In this document: piece after piece, positions 24,850-37,820 of the stretch
Layout: the number at the start of each line of letters is the position of its first letter
Position numbering within the stretch: the stretch's first letter is position 1
Assembly (NCBI GenBank): GCA_036172245.1
Contig: JAYWIR010000030.1
Coordinates: 1,612,001-1,676,000 of the forward strand
Direction of reading: 5' to 3'
Origin: Raillietiella orientalis
Lineage: Eukaryota
DNA length: 64,000 nucleotides
The notes under the pieces: model-generated
Databases searched by the model: none
What the model saw: only the letters and a program-made list of their open reading frames with translations
What the model was told of the DNA's origin: nothing
Made by a program: the position numbers and the translations under genes

Positions 24850-27800
24850 GGGGATACTGGAACGCCGGAACGAAGAGAGCGCCAAGTCGGATGCCACGCT
24901 TGGAATTTCGGGAATGGGCAGAGGGTGGCTAGGGGTTTGCCGGCAGTCGCCTTTCTCCACGAGGAGTTTCCTGGTAGTGCTTCTCTCCTTCAAGGCACTT
25001 TGAAACTCGGAGACGCTCCGCGGCTGAGGACAATCAAACGGAAAGGCTTCGGAAGCGGTTGGGATCACGCGGGCCCACGCCAACGCACGGATTGCAGCTT
25101 TCAAAGGGTCGGGCCGAGTCGATGGATCCAAGAGCCGGCCGCGCGCCCGAAGGGCTGGGCGCGGTCGAGAAAGAGGGGAGGCAGGGGGAATAGGGGACCA
25201 GGAATACGGAAACACTGAGAAATCGACATCACGGGGAGTGGTCCTGGTCTAGCGTTTCTCCGGAGGCGGGTCCGTCCCGCTGGGAATTTCTTCGGCGGCT
25301 GATGGCCTCCACGGATAGCGCTCCTCCGCTGGCGAAGTTCGGGCTGAATCCCGGGGAGCGGCATCGCTCAAGCGACTCCAGTTTCCCTTCAAGAGGCCTG
25401 ATCACCCCATCTCGCGCAGATCTCCCCTCGCTGGAGGGTGGTTTCTAGGATGGTCGAATTAGGGCCAACAGCCAACCAGCTGAGCTTCCGACTGCTCCGG
25501 GCCACTCTTTCGCGAGCTTTCCCTGCGCCCATCCCGTCCACTCCCACAGCACGCCGCAGCGAAGGTGCTGGAACCCCTATGGCCACCAGCAGCACGCGAG
25601 AAGTCGATATTCGGCGTCGTCTACAGCTACTCGGACGAAGGGACAGCCAAGCTCTCTCCCGCGAATTCACGCGTCTCTTGCTCCTGGTCGCCACGGTCCC
25701 TGATCATGCCTCTTTCGTGCCTCGTCTTTCGGCAGCTAACGTCCCGTATTTCCGAAGCAGTCCCACTGAAGTGGCTCGAATTAAGCATCCCCGAGGATTC
25801 CTCCCCCCTGATCGAAGCGGAGAGAAGGCAAACGCAGAGAGGAGGACGAAAGAGGAGGGTCTTGAGTGGGCCCACTGAGTGCTCATCAGGGCAGGACGCC
25901 GGACGTGCCAGTCAGAAGCTGCTGGCCCGATGAGAGGGACGTAACCGCATCGCCACGGGTGCCAGAATCTTCAATGCCTGCTGCCACGGACGGCACCACT
26001 CCAGAAAGGCTGAGGACGTAGCTTTCTGGGGGATCGCCCTCCCCCCAACAGCAGAAGCGCTTTGACCGCTGCCGACCGCCTATTGGTGCAAGGAGCCGGA
26101 GGGGGAGTGAAGTGGCACTTGGAAGAGCCCTCTCGTTGCTTCCCAGGCTCTCTGATCTCAGCTCTTGTTCGAGAGGGAGCGGGGGAGGAAGATTCCCGTG
26201 CCCTTCTCTCCCGGCCCTTCTTTCTTCAGAGTGAATGTCTCTGCCGCGCCACTCCTTCATTCCCTCACGGCAGCCGCGCGTTTCCCGAGATCCCACGTCT
26301 CGTAGATCTAGACGACCTTTCTGCCTGCTGATCTAAAGTAAAAGACAACGGTAACTGCGCAGTTGAGTGCCACAAGGGAGGGGAGGAGAGCCTCCACCGT
26401 CTCCGGAGCAACCTGCAGCGGAGAAGGCGCGGGTTGCCTAAGGAGAGATCCACTGGAGAGCGGGAGTCGGGAAGCCAAGAAAAATATTGGAAAGTCTCGT
26501 GCAGTTTTTCTCTCGATCCCACCGCGAGCGCTTCCGGGTTCCTTCCCAAGAGCTGTTCTTCCACGCCCGTGGCGGCTTATTCGTTCTCCTCCTTCCGGGT
26601 TCAGAAACAGCCAGACGAACGGGTGTTCCCCCCCCCCCCCCTGGGAGTGAGGGAGGCGGAAGGGCAGAGCCGATCCCCTTCCGACCCTTCTGCTCTCTTG
26701 GTGCCGCTAGGTAGATCCCTATTACCCTCCAGGGAGAGAGCGTGGGTCGCGGTTTCCAGGAAGAAAGGGGAAGAGCAGCGGCTGGACGGCCGTTCCTGAG
26801 AGACGAGTGGGGGCGCGCACTCCCTCTCTTTCCGTTCCCCCGCCCTTCACGGACTGGCGCGCGCCTCGTCACAGCTCTCAAAGGGTCGACCTGCCAGCGC
26901 CGCAGCGAGTGCTCTGTGCGTCAGCCCCTCCTCCTCGGTCCCTCGGGATCTGCAGCGGGTCGTCTCCTAGGGACGTTTGGGGATATTGACGTCAGAAGGC
27001 AGTACTCTCCGCGCTCGAGATGACGATCCTTCAAGCGGAGAGGTCATCCCCGCGCGGTCCCCCCCGGGAGTCTTGCGGTTTGAGTCCAGCTGCTTAACGC
27101 CGAAGTTTTTCGGAGTTCCTGGACGACGTGACTTCCCGCAACTCTCGGAATTTTCGAGGGCATTCGGACACTTCGGAGGCTCCGGCAGCTGAAGTGGCCT
27201 GGTTATCCCCTGCCAGACATCCCTGGAGGTCTTCCGCGACTTTGTGGCGCTACCTCTCGAAATCCAGAGCTCATGCTTGTAGCTTTTGCCTCTGAACGTC
27301 CAGCCGCGCTCCGACCCTTCGATGGCGACCTCTCGCTCCGTCCGCTTCTAGCAGGGTTGGATAAAAGGAGCTGCTAGGCAACTGGAGCTCGAAGATTTCG
27401 GGACCCCAAGGAGGTCGAAGTATCGAAGCATCCGATCGCTCCCGGGCCTCAGGCGAGCAGAGAACGTCGCTCCCGTCGCTTCTTCACGAGAGGCTCCGGA
27501 TCTCCAGCGTTTGTAGCTCTTCCTTCCTTCCAGGGGTTTGCAAGCATCCGTGGGACGAACGTATGGCAGGAAAAAGCTCCAAAAGGGCTCGAGGGAAGGG
27601 GAGAGCGATTTCCCCATTTTCTTCCATCAGGTTCTCCGTTTCCAAGGATACCCGCGATCTTCCGATGTGTGCCTTCAATCCCAGCCATCAATCAGCGTCC
27701 TTCTTCTCCCTCCAGCGGAACGGACCCATTTCCTTTGCCAGGCGACTCCAGCCGTGCTCCCTGCTCTTACCCTCCCCCCTCGTCCACCTCCTCCCTCGCA
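24850..27800 (+). pseudogene. GC-rich decayed ORF family, largest block
   Basis: The 5' part matches 9190-9700 and the 3' part (26400-27800) matches 1700-3050. FSSFRVQKQPDER is similar to LPSFRSEPPPAHR. Many stops and frameshifts. Confidence 0.45.
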
Positions 27801-28859
27801 TTCAACCAATAGGATGTGCCTTCCGAGACGAGATCTCCCTCCCCTCAGCGTGCATCGATTTTCCCGGACTGGGCATCCACCGCAGCTTCCGAAACGCAGG
27901 CTCTTCGGAGGGGGAGAATGCGGCCGGCTCCGGGCTGGCTGACCGGGCTCGATTCCTCCCCTCTCTCCCCAACGCTGCAGCGTTTCTTTCAAGCGCGCCT
28001 AACGTCCTGCGGGAAGCTCGGTGTCTCCACCCGCTTTCTTCCATCTGAGATCCACGGGATATGGCAAGCGGTCGGCATTCTTCTGTGAAGTTCCGCTCGC
28101 GTGCGCTCCGAGATGGGAAGATCTGGCTCATTTTGTTCTCCGTAGGAGCAACGAGCGCTTCACCAGGAGGAGCAGCGGTCCCGAGATGTCCAGGAGTTTC
28201 CCACACATTCCCGTTTCCCCTGCCCCCATCTCATCGCCCCGCGCGACGGCCATGATCTCTGAATTTTCTGAGATTTCCATGTGTCGCATGCTGCGCAGGA
28301 GCGAGGTCTTCGCCTCGCCGTAAAACCAATCTTTCTAGCTTGGTCCAGGGAGGAGGAAATTGGGCTTTCTTCCCGCTAGTGGATTCCGCTTCCTCCTTCC
28401 GATTTATGTCCCTTTCGCCCCCATCTCTGCCCACAAGAGTAGCCCAGCATCCGTGATTCTCTGTTTCATTCAATGTGCTTTCATCTGCCATCACGCAACC
28501 TCTGTCATCGAGAAGTTCAGATGCATGCATCTTATTTATTGATTCCTCCTCCCCTTCTCTTTCTTCCTCGCAGCTACACTTTGGAAACCATGGAGAACGC
28601 GCGGCTCTCGAGCATGGCCGGAAATGCTCCACCGTTTCCACACAAACCATTTTATAAAGGCCGAGTTCACACCTCTTCCGCCTCCCTTGGCCCTTTTCCT
28701 CCCCCGCCTGAGTTTTCCAGAAGGACGGAGACTTCTCCTGGCAACCGCTCCTGCACTTGTGGTACTCCTCTTTAATGATGGACAGGCCGCTAATGTCTAC
28801 CGACAGCTTTGATTAGAAAGCTTTTGGACTGTGTGGAAGAGGGCAGCAAGAACTTCCGG

Positions 28860-29038
28860 ATGATGCACAACGTCCACTGCCGACCTTTCCATCTTCCCTG
28901 GGTGTTGACGCAAAACTGGTACACGGCGGATGGCCAACGTCGGTGCAAGGTGAGAGCGCATTGTCAGCCGTAGTTTCCTGCCGCGATTCGAACCCATTGC
29001 CTTGCGCTCAGGAGACCCGCGGATTGCGCCACTGCGTC
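28860..29038 (-). mobile_element. SINE2 copy 1 (second tRNA-headed SINE-like family)
   Basis: Minus strand gacgcagtggcgcaatc (A-box at +8) and gggttcgaatcgc (B-box, 28983-28995). The body aligns with 46921-47095. The cloverleaf is incomplete. Confidence 0.65.
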
Positions 29039-30299
29039 ATGCTCGTGCGGGGTGGTTCATGGATGCAGGAAGAGACTGAAAGCTGGTTGTGTCCTTCCAT
29101 TCCGGATGCCCGCGTCCGCTCTCGGTCTTCCTCATCTTCATAGCCACTTTTCCTCGTTCCTGGCGCTGACCCAAAACGCGGGACCTTTTCTCACTGGGAG
29201 GGTCTCCATTTCGACTCCGAGGAGGAAGTTGCGATCCCCCTGAAAAGGTGGAAAGGGTGGTGGTTATGCTCTCCAAAGTAAACTGCGATCGCGAGCCTGA
29301 AGCACACCAGATGAAGCAAGAGGATGGTCACATTCCTTTTCATCCTTCACTGCTTGGGAAGCGCACCTTTAATGTCATCAGAGAATAACGATCGCTCCAA
29401 TCGACCCGCTGCCACTGGGCTTTACTGTTTTGCTGACCTTTACTGTTGGATGCTGGTATTTAGATCTTTGCAAAGAAGGTTGTTTGAGCAAGCTCTCCCT
29501 TAGATGCCATTGTCGATGACTCCGTTGGATGCCACTGTTGATGGATGTGTGCGATGCTCGAGGGTGCATTTCCTCATCTTTTGGTTTTTCTCAACTGGAT
29601 GTCCGAGCTGAACCACTGCAAAAGAGTGAAGAGCAGATGCCTTCATGATGTGTTGGCTCCATTGCTCGTCTCGGACTGCATCTCCAAGTATGCCCTGCAT
29701 CCGTCGCGTCTCGATTATTAAAGTCCTATCTCTACAAAGCGATCTTTTCGACCGTTTGCTTTGGTTTTGCTACCGCTCCGCTTGTGGGCCCGCTTTCGTC
29801 CGCTGCGCACGCAATTCTCCGTCCCGCGACAGTCCGCCTGAGCTCTCAGAGATGCGTGCTGAAGATGCTTCCTGCGTCGTCTTTGCTACGCACTTCCCGG
29901 CTTCGCTGGCGACATATAGACCGGCGTCCACGTCCTGAGAAACCCGCTTCCGCCGCTACTTGGACCACTTCACGTTCAGTCCACGAACAGCCCGCTCAAC
30001 CTCACCTCGGCGCTGAGGCTGGCGGATAGAAGCGAAGGCGGGGGGGGGGACAGTCGCAGCAAGCGCGGGCGAGTAACTTTCCCCCTGCGTAAGACATGCT
30101 GCACTCCTGGACGTGGAAGATAGCTCCAAGGTTACTTGGCTACCGCGGTCCTCGAAAAGTTTCCTTTTGTTTGCCACCTCCGACCAGGCAGGGTTTGCCT
30201 TGGGGAAAGTTCCGGAGACCCGTTGCACGGACACATTCAAGAGAAAACTCTCTTCGACGCTTTCTTCCTTCTTATCCTGCATCATCGAATTGTTGTACT

Positions 30300-30610
30300 T
30301 AAAATTACGTGAATACTCAATTACTGATATTGAAAATAAATTCATAATACGTAGTATTAATACATTTGATTAACTGATCACTATTTCACCAAATATGTAG
30401 ATTATATTATAATAAAATATTGTATTCCAATGCAATCAAATATAACATGATACATCTTAGATTGTAACATAATATAATACTTATTACTGACATATTATTT
30501 TACAGATGGCATCCAAGCATTTATAATAATGTCTTTGGGAGAGAATTTAGCTTCTTCTAGTTCTTACTGATTCTACCTACATCTATAAAATAAAAGTGGA
30601 CGTTGTATAG
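30300..30610. other. Sharp AT-rich island
   Basis: About 300 bp of strongly AT-rich sequence (e.g. attatattataataaaatattgtatt) within GC-balanced surroundings. Confidence 0.8.
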
Positions 30611-32115
30611 TGCAAAAATGATTGTGTGTACCCTCGAATGCTTGGAGACCCAAAATTCCTTCAGGCTCGCAGAGTCGATGCAGAGAAGTGACTTCGGAAA
30701 GCCTGAGCTTCCCAAAGAAGGATCTCGGGATTCCATGTGATCACGGAGCTCGCGTCACCCTTCTGATCCCATTGCTGCTCCTGATTTGCGCTCCTGGAGT
30801 GTTTTCGGGAGCAACGTCCGCTCGCCTGCTCGAATGTTTGTTCCCACTCCAGCATCCAGCTTGTTTCTTCTTTCCCGGAGGAAAACTTCACGAGTTGCCC
30901 GTTTGTCACGCATCAGGTCTCGAAGGCTTTCGACTGCACAGCAAAACACTTCTCCATTGAGAAACGCTCCATCATTGGAGGAGCACTTGATCCATGTACC
31001 AAACAATTCCAGAATTTCGATACCCATTCCTTGTTTTGTCTTTCTTCTCCTCCGTAGTTGGCTTCCCTCTCCCACTGCAGCGGCAACCTCACAATTCGGT
31101 TTCATCGGGGGCAGCACCAATCCAACCCACAGCACCAGCCGGGAAAGAATTTTGGTAAGTTCGGCTACCAAGAAAGGATGGTCTGAAGACTTGATCTCTG
31201 GTGGATCTCTTCCTGTTCCGGGAATCCTCACTGAATCTCCTTGTCTTCCTACGATCCCATCGATGAATTCGATGTTCTTTCTTCTGCTTGGAATATCACT
31301 CTGGGCGGCTTCCCTTATTTTGCTCAATCATCAGTCATGGATCCGCACTGGAAGTGGCTGGGGCCTCCTGCTGCCTGTGCACCGTTCGCAACTGCCACAT
31401 AGATCGTATCTCAGTCCTCTCTCTGCTCTTGAAGTCCCAAGTTAGAACTCTTCAAGAATTTCTGCGTTCTGGACCTTTCGGGAAAGCACTCCAACTTCCA
31501 CAGCTTTCAGCATCGACCCCTGGGATTCTGTACCATGCAAAAACGAAAAGTTTGGACCAGTAAACCTCATGACATCCTTTCCCAAGCAGCTTCCTTAACT
31601 GATCAGATCGTGGAGTCCATGAAACAGATCATGGAGCTTGACAGATCCATGGAACTTTACAAAGACTACGTTCTTGCTACAATCCCTGTCCTCAGCTGAG
31701 AGATTTCTTTGACAATGTGAAGCGAATTTTTTTCTTCCATTTGTCTTTCAGTGATAGTCTTCAGGCATTCATCTTCATTATCGGTGATTCAACCCTTCGA
31801 TTAAGCTCGCAGCTTTAAAATGAACATCTTCAAAATGAGCACCAGAGTGTTTCTCAGGGAGCAATGAGCTCTTCCATCTTCTCTCAGTTCCAATCTAGAA
31901 GCGAGGCTGACAACATATTCTTCATTCTGGCATCACGGGAGACGAAACAGAGATAGCGATTTGAAATGAGACCATCTGGGACTTCGACATCGAAGTGGCC
32001 GACCGAATTTTCTCCAGAAAGTGTGTCAGCTTTCCGAATTGAACGCCCGACAATTCCTGAAGATTTCAGCTGACTTCTTGCACATTGCGCTTTGGACGCA
32101 ACTCAGGTTGCAACC

Positions 32116-32184
32116 TGCTGCCAAGTAATCTGAATCAAGAAGTGCTCAGTGCTGCCAAGTAATCTGAATCAAGAAGAAATGCTC
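32116..32184 (+). repeat. 34-bp period tandem duplication
   Basis: tgctgccaagtaatctgaatcaagaag is identical at 32116-32142 and 32150-32176. Confidence 0.95.
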
Positions 32185-35100
32185 CGCTTTGTGCTGCAAG
32201 AAGTTCTAGGGAAGTGGTCAGATTCATTTTGCCTGAGAAATTTGGTCAAGTGGAGGAGGAGGCATCGTTCTGTGGATCTTCTCTCTCACATTGTGGCTCA
32301 GTTTCCTCAACCATCTTGGTGCATACCCTATTCTTGGGAATGAGCTTTCGATAGACTCTCTCGCTCACCTCCTTATCTTTGCTGCTCTCAGGGTGCTCTC
32401 AGCATCACGCGATTTGGAACGAGCTAGAAAATAATGGTCCAAAGAACGAGTTTCGAAAAATGCCTCCAGGCATCTCATCATTAGTGGGAGAAAAGTTAAG
32501 GATCCACAAAAGCAAATTCGAAGGAATAAATTCGTATAATAAATAAGGATTGCAAAGGCTTGTTGGATAGCTGTCTCTGTGAGTAAGCCCGCTAGTACTG
32601 ACTTCCTTGACAGATGGACTTGGGCTATTCAAAGGTCAGCAAACAAGAACTAAAAATTCTTCAAGTCTCATTGTACTTTGTATCATGTTTTTGTTTTCCT
32701 AATTTCGTATAGTCTTCGTGAAAAGCTCTGATCACTGTCGTTTTCTGTACGAAAAATGCGTCATCTTCCATTTTTAGTGACTACACCGCAGTGATGGAGT
32801 CCGTCTGGACTTTACAGGTTAAACGGAGAAGAACTGAGGTGAGTACCCAAAAATATGTAAAACATTCTTATGAGAATGCTCATCTGTAAGTAAAAGGACT
32901 GTTTCATTTGCGTCTTCATTCCCAATAGATTGCTAGTTGCGATCTCTTCCTTATAGATCGGTGCCAACGGTGTGTGTCACCTGATGCTCCATTTCAAAAT
33001 GCACCATCGCCCTTCCCTCTGGAAGCACTGCAGCCTACCTCGTCAAGTTGTCCGAAGATCCCATGTGTTGCTGTCGTGAATGTTTCTTCTTGGCTCGGCT
33101 ATTTCGGCACATTTTTTCGTTGGAATTTCAGCGCCTCTTGAGCTCTGAACATGCATGCTAGCAAAACAACTTTATTCTTCGGGGGAACAGCCGTCGGCAC
33201 GGCTTTGCAAACCCATTTCGCTGCCACCTCCTGGAGCATCTTGAAGAGAGCAAACGAAAATGATCAAGGAGTAGGGATGGATTATTGGAAGATGGAATTT
33301 TGCAACTCATCAGATTTTCCGATCTCCCTGCTGAAATCTGAGGTGCAAAAAATTTGGTAAAAAAATTGCGACGGACGCAAATCAAGAAACCATCCTCAGA
33401 TCGAGATCCTCGCTGGCAGAGAAACAGGGAGGAATGCACGAAGGGTTTATTTTCTTTAGGAAAAAGAAAAGACGCACTGAGATCTGCAGCGTGATTCTTC
33501 TTCTGAAACAAATGGATCCATTTCGTGCGATACCTTGAAACCAAAGCCCTGAGCGTCTAATTAAAAGGTTCCATCTGAAGAAAGCCTGGAACATTGGGAG
33601 AGAGGGAACACTGTGCGTGTTCTTTAAAAATCGACTGTTCGCGCTGTTTATGATGCGCTGACGTGTTTTGGGTTCCGCACGATGCACGAATGTGTGTTCT
33701 TTTGTTTGCTCTCGGTTTCCCACTCTCCTGCTTTCCACCATTCTAACAGCCATTCCACTGGGTAATATCGACAACAGGCCCCACGAGCTGGGTACCCCGG
33801 CATGAAATAAGAATCTGCACCGTGTATTGTGCTTCGATTGCTCCTCCAGCTCTGGGACCAGATTTGCAAGCCCAGGGCGGTCAGACGGCTTAGCACACAT
33901 GAGCGTACTAAAGTTCAGAGTGGCAAGAACCTGGAAAATGAAACTGGATAAGACAAATGGGCCTTTCCTATCGGAGCTCTGGCATCTTACAAATCGGTGT
34001 GGATTCCCATTTTTGTTTTCGGTCTCCCTTTTTTCCTTCTGTGTGCGGGAATCCCTCGCTCCCGTGAGCACGCGAATCGTAACGGCCTGCAATCTCTTCC
34101 ATAAATGCAACACTACGGTTTCTCCCGTCGGCGTGAGGCGATGGGCTCGTCGTCAGTTTCACGAAGTGGGTGTCTCCGTGTCTTCGCTCAGACCCAATTA
34201 TGGAGCAAGCAATTTAATTAGGATATGCAGCTTCGCAAAACAGTTGAACAGCTACCGCAGCCTTTGGTTTGGGCTGTGCAGATTGCAATCCATTGCCAGG
34301 ACAGCTAATGAGAATTCATCACTCAGTGCTCTCCGTATGCCCTCGGTGCAAACTTGTAGGTTTCAGATGAACTAACAGTTGTTGCAGAAGATAACGGGAT
34401 AATAACATTTGATGAGCATCGTCGGACTGCAGAGTTCTCTCCTGCTTCCCAAGCCGTGCAGACAACTGAAACTCTTTGACCTTTTCAAAATTTCGTACAG
34501 TGTGCCGAAGAGAACCTCTGCAATTTCCACCGTCTGCTCGTCCTATCGGAAGACCGCGGACAGTTGTGAATCCTGGTCAGTGACCTAGATGGGGCATAAA
34601 CCTTCCCGAAGATTTCGGATATTGTCTCACTTCAACCCCTCCATGTTCCTCTGCCTGCCTATGATCTGGAGTTTCGAGTTCTCTAAGAAAATCCCCATCC
34701 TTCGGTTCCTAGGACGCAAGGAATTCCGAGGTATCCAGAATTCGTGCGTTCACTAAGGCAGGTGCTCTTCTTTTGGAGAATAGAGGCAGTTTCCTGAATT
34801 TGGTCTCCTTCATTTGTTAATCTTCCTCCAATGCTGTTACCGTGTTCCCGTGCGGGAGGCAGCCACCCCATAGTGCGATGACTCGACTTTCTTGCCGAAG
34901 TGCCAGGCCCTCTCACACAATCGAAAGGCTGCAAACGGCTCTGTGGCAGAGTGAACCGCCAACCGCCTGGCAATCAGGCCACATCAAAAAGAAACCATTG
35001 AAGATGGAAGTTCTCAAATCCAGAAGGATCCTCCCTTCCAAGTTGGAAGTAGAAATATGGAGATTTCCTGCAAGTTTCTAGACAGCAGCTTCGAAAGCAC

Positions 35101-37785
35101 AGCGGCCGGGAAGAGTGGCAAAATGATCACAAAATACTCTGAAGAGCGCATCTCTATCCTACTCTTCGGATAAAAGTCCTGCAACGATATGGAGCCCTAT
35201 TTGCTTGCGATCTGGAAAAAACAGAAGTCGACTTTACAAATGTGGATAAGAACTACATAGAATCGCCTTCCTTCTGGATAGGTGCGGCCATTGCAATTGG
35301 CAGAGAACCGAAAGGACGAGGAGCAAGTTCCAGAAAAACAAACAGCAAATAAAAAACAACAGCAACTGTACTACCAGTATACATGCTGACTGTGGAGAAA
35401 GAAGTGCAGATTCCAGCCCACCCATAATTGAGGTGTCTTCGAGGCTGGTCACGTGATAGGAGACCGCATGAAGGGTGGAGTCAACCAGTAGGAACTGTTG
35501 AAGGCAATCCGCAACGTTATCTAAGCGGTATCTCGAAAATATCTCAGGTATCTTAGGGGTGGTTTGCGGTATCTTAGGAACGAATTTCAATTTTTGCCAG
35601 TGGTTTATTACTTATACGGAGGTATAACGCTGCCTGAGCATCCAGCACTCTTTGAGTTCTGCCATGCCCACGGATGCTAGTGAAAATTCAATGGACCGCG
35701 AAAAGGCGTTGACGAAGGCGAGCAGTCAGCATTGGTTAGCGTTCACATCCTCCGAACGTTCTCACCAGCAGTGGCGGAGGTCCATCACCTGCAGGAAAAC
35801 CTTGCACACGTTCGATGCAGCTCTCATGCGCCCAGAGTTCCGATATCCGGTTCCTCCATCAAGCATGGATCTCCGGTGGACCTCGTACGCCGCGGAGCAG
35901 CTAATTTAAATGATGCATCACATGCGGTGGCAACTCATGTCACTGTCCGCCTGCCTCATTGATCCGGGAGATGCAGCTCCAAGATTCACGTTCTCCCGAA
36001 TCAAGAGGCTTTTGTCTGTACGAATTGTCCTCAGGAACTTAATTCCTCCTCATGAATTATTCCCGCGGTGGCTGACAAAAATAATAGCCGCGTCTCTTTC
36101 CGACTCAACATCATCCATGCAAAGCAGATAGAGGATACAATCGGATGATTACAAGGCCAATTTGCCGTGTGTCTGTCACGTTGATAAAAGCCGCTGGGTA
36201 GGGAAGAGATTGACAGGGATCACGTAGAGCCTTGCATGGAGGAAACGCCTTCGAAATTCCAGGAATTTCCTGGAAATACTCAGTGCGTCTTTGGTATGAT
36301 TTTCTGCCTCGGGTTTTCCCTCCTGCACCTATCTGTTTTCATCTCCGGAAGGAAATAGAATGCGGCAAGCCTGCTCCAGAGATGCGAACCTCCTTTCATG
36401 GGTGAAATCACCACTGCCTCAGCTAGGAAGCGAGCCGTGTGGACGAAGGACATTCCATCTGCACTGAGCCTACTTGTTGGCCGAGTCTCTCTCAGACATC
36501 AGTGCAATCCGCTGCGGCAAAAGAGGCTCTTCAGCAAGTGGAGGCGCACTGGAATCTGACCATCCTGGCAAGCCTACTTTCGATCATAGGGAAATCACGC
36601 TGCATGGAAATTGTAAGAACTGTGAAACTGCATCATTTGGAGGATGTCTCTCAGATTCCTTCTTGGAAACATACAAAAAAACAAACAAATCCTCTAATGT
36701 CTTCGGATCGGGCCGCATGTGAGGATTCAGAGCAAAAATGTGTCAGCGAGACTGAGCGAACAGCAAAATCGGTTTCAGTTTGCCCCACTTGAAGGGATTC
36801 CTCCTTTCGATTTGTCTCGAGACGCTGAACCCAGAGGCTGATAAAAAAGAATGGGGGGGGGGGGGGACGATCCATGTTTCGTCGAATGGGGAGCCCCATC
36901 GCCTGCGGGCTGGTGAGATTTGAATGCAGTCTCTGCTTGCGTTCTAGCACACGCTACAGCGGCACCTCCAGTGCACCGGATTCATGACACACGTAGGCGC
37001 GGCACATGTACATGCGTAGGCGGCTTACTCGCATGAACGGAGAGACACAGATGCTTATATCGAGGGAAGAAGGTTTTCTCTTAGCGAGACACTGGAACAC
37101 GCTTGTCGAAACCTACACGGACGGAACGCAGTTTTCGGTTGCACGTCGAAAACTCCCCCTCCTTGGCCGTTATGACGACCAGGATGTCTCTGGTAGATTA
37201 GAGAAATCGATGAGCAGCGCTCGGCAATCTGGTTGGGATGAAGCCTTCGGCCACATGGATTCCATAGCAAAGATTAAATGGTTTCGAAGATCCTGGTCAC
37301 AGGGTGAAGATGGTGAAGATCCTGGACGCTTTATTCCATGAGATCTTTCCGTTCACTTGAGGAAGAGCGTGTGGTTCCGATCTTCTGTTTTTTCGCTCGC
37401 CTTCCGGAACGCTGCCCTGTGCTTTCGAATGGGGCAGCACTCGAGATGGGGCAGTGGGCTCCTTGCCTCGTGAGGAAATGACAGCTTCACGCAGGGGGAG
37501 GTGCACTTTCGCCGCCACAGCGTTCAGCAGCTGGCAGATCATCCTCACGGAGAAGACGACGCTACGGCAAACAAAGTCACTGGAACTGACAAATGGAGGG
37601 AAGATGAGAGAGCAGCCCACTCGGCGGTCTTGCGAAGGAGAAATGATGCAACTCCAACGCGGATACCCCGCAGCAAATTGCAAAAAAAAAAGTCCACGGA
37701 AATTTTCGGGCTCACCCCACTGAGGACATCCTTTCGAGGGTATGGACACTAGTGATTTTCATAAATTATGAGAAACTGAAGCTCC

Positions 37786-37820
37786 TTGAAAATTGGCGGG
37801 AGCGACCAGCCAATTTTCAA
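37786..37820. repeat. Perfect 12-bp inverted repeat with 11-nt spacer
   Basis: ttgaaaattggc-gggagcgacca-gccaattttcaa. Confidence 0.9.

Noticed and set aside
26432..26445. 14-nt match (ggttgcctaaggag) to 7SL/SRP RNA as I recall it
   Set aside because: The flanks do not continue the match, it lies inside the GC-rich ORF family, and it is compatible with chance.
30755..31445. Overlapping 190-219 aa ORFs on both strands
   Set aside because: No start context or domain recognised, and adjacent frames are full of stops.
33382..35910. Exon-like segments (acceptor-like sites near 33930 and 35900, minus strand) suggesting a membrane-protein or dynein-like gene
   Set aside because: Motif resemblances are 4-5 residues only, and I could not build a coherent spliced ORF.
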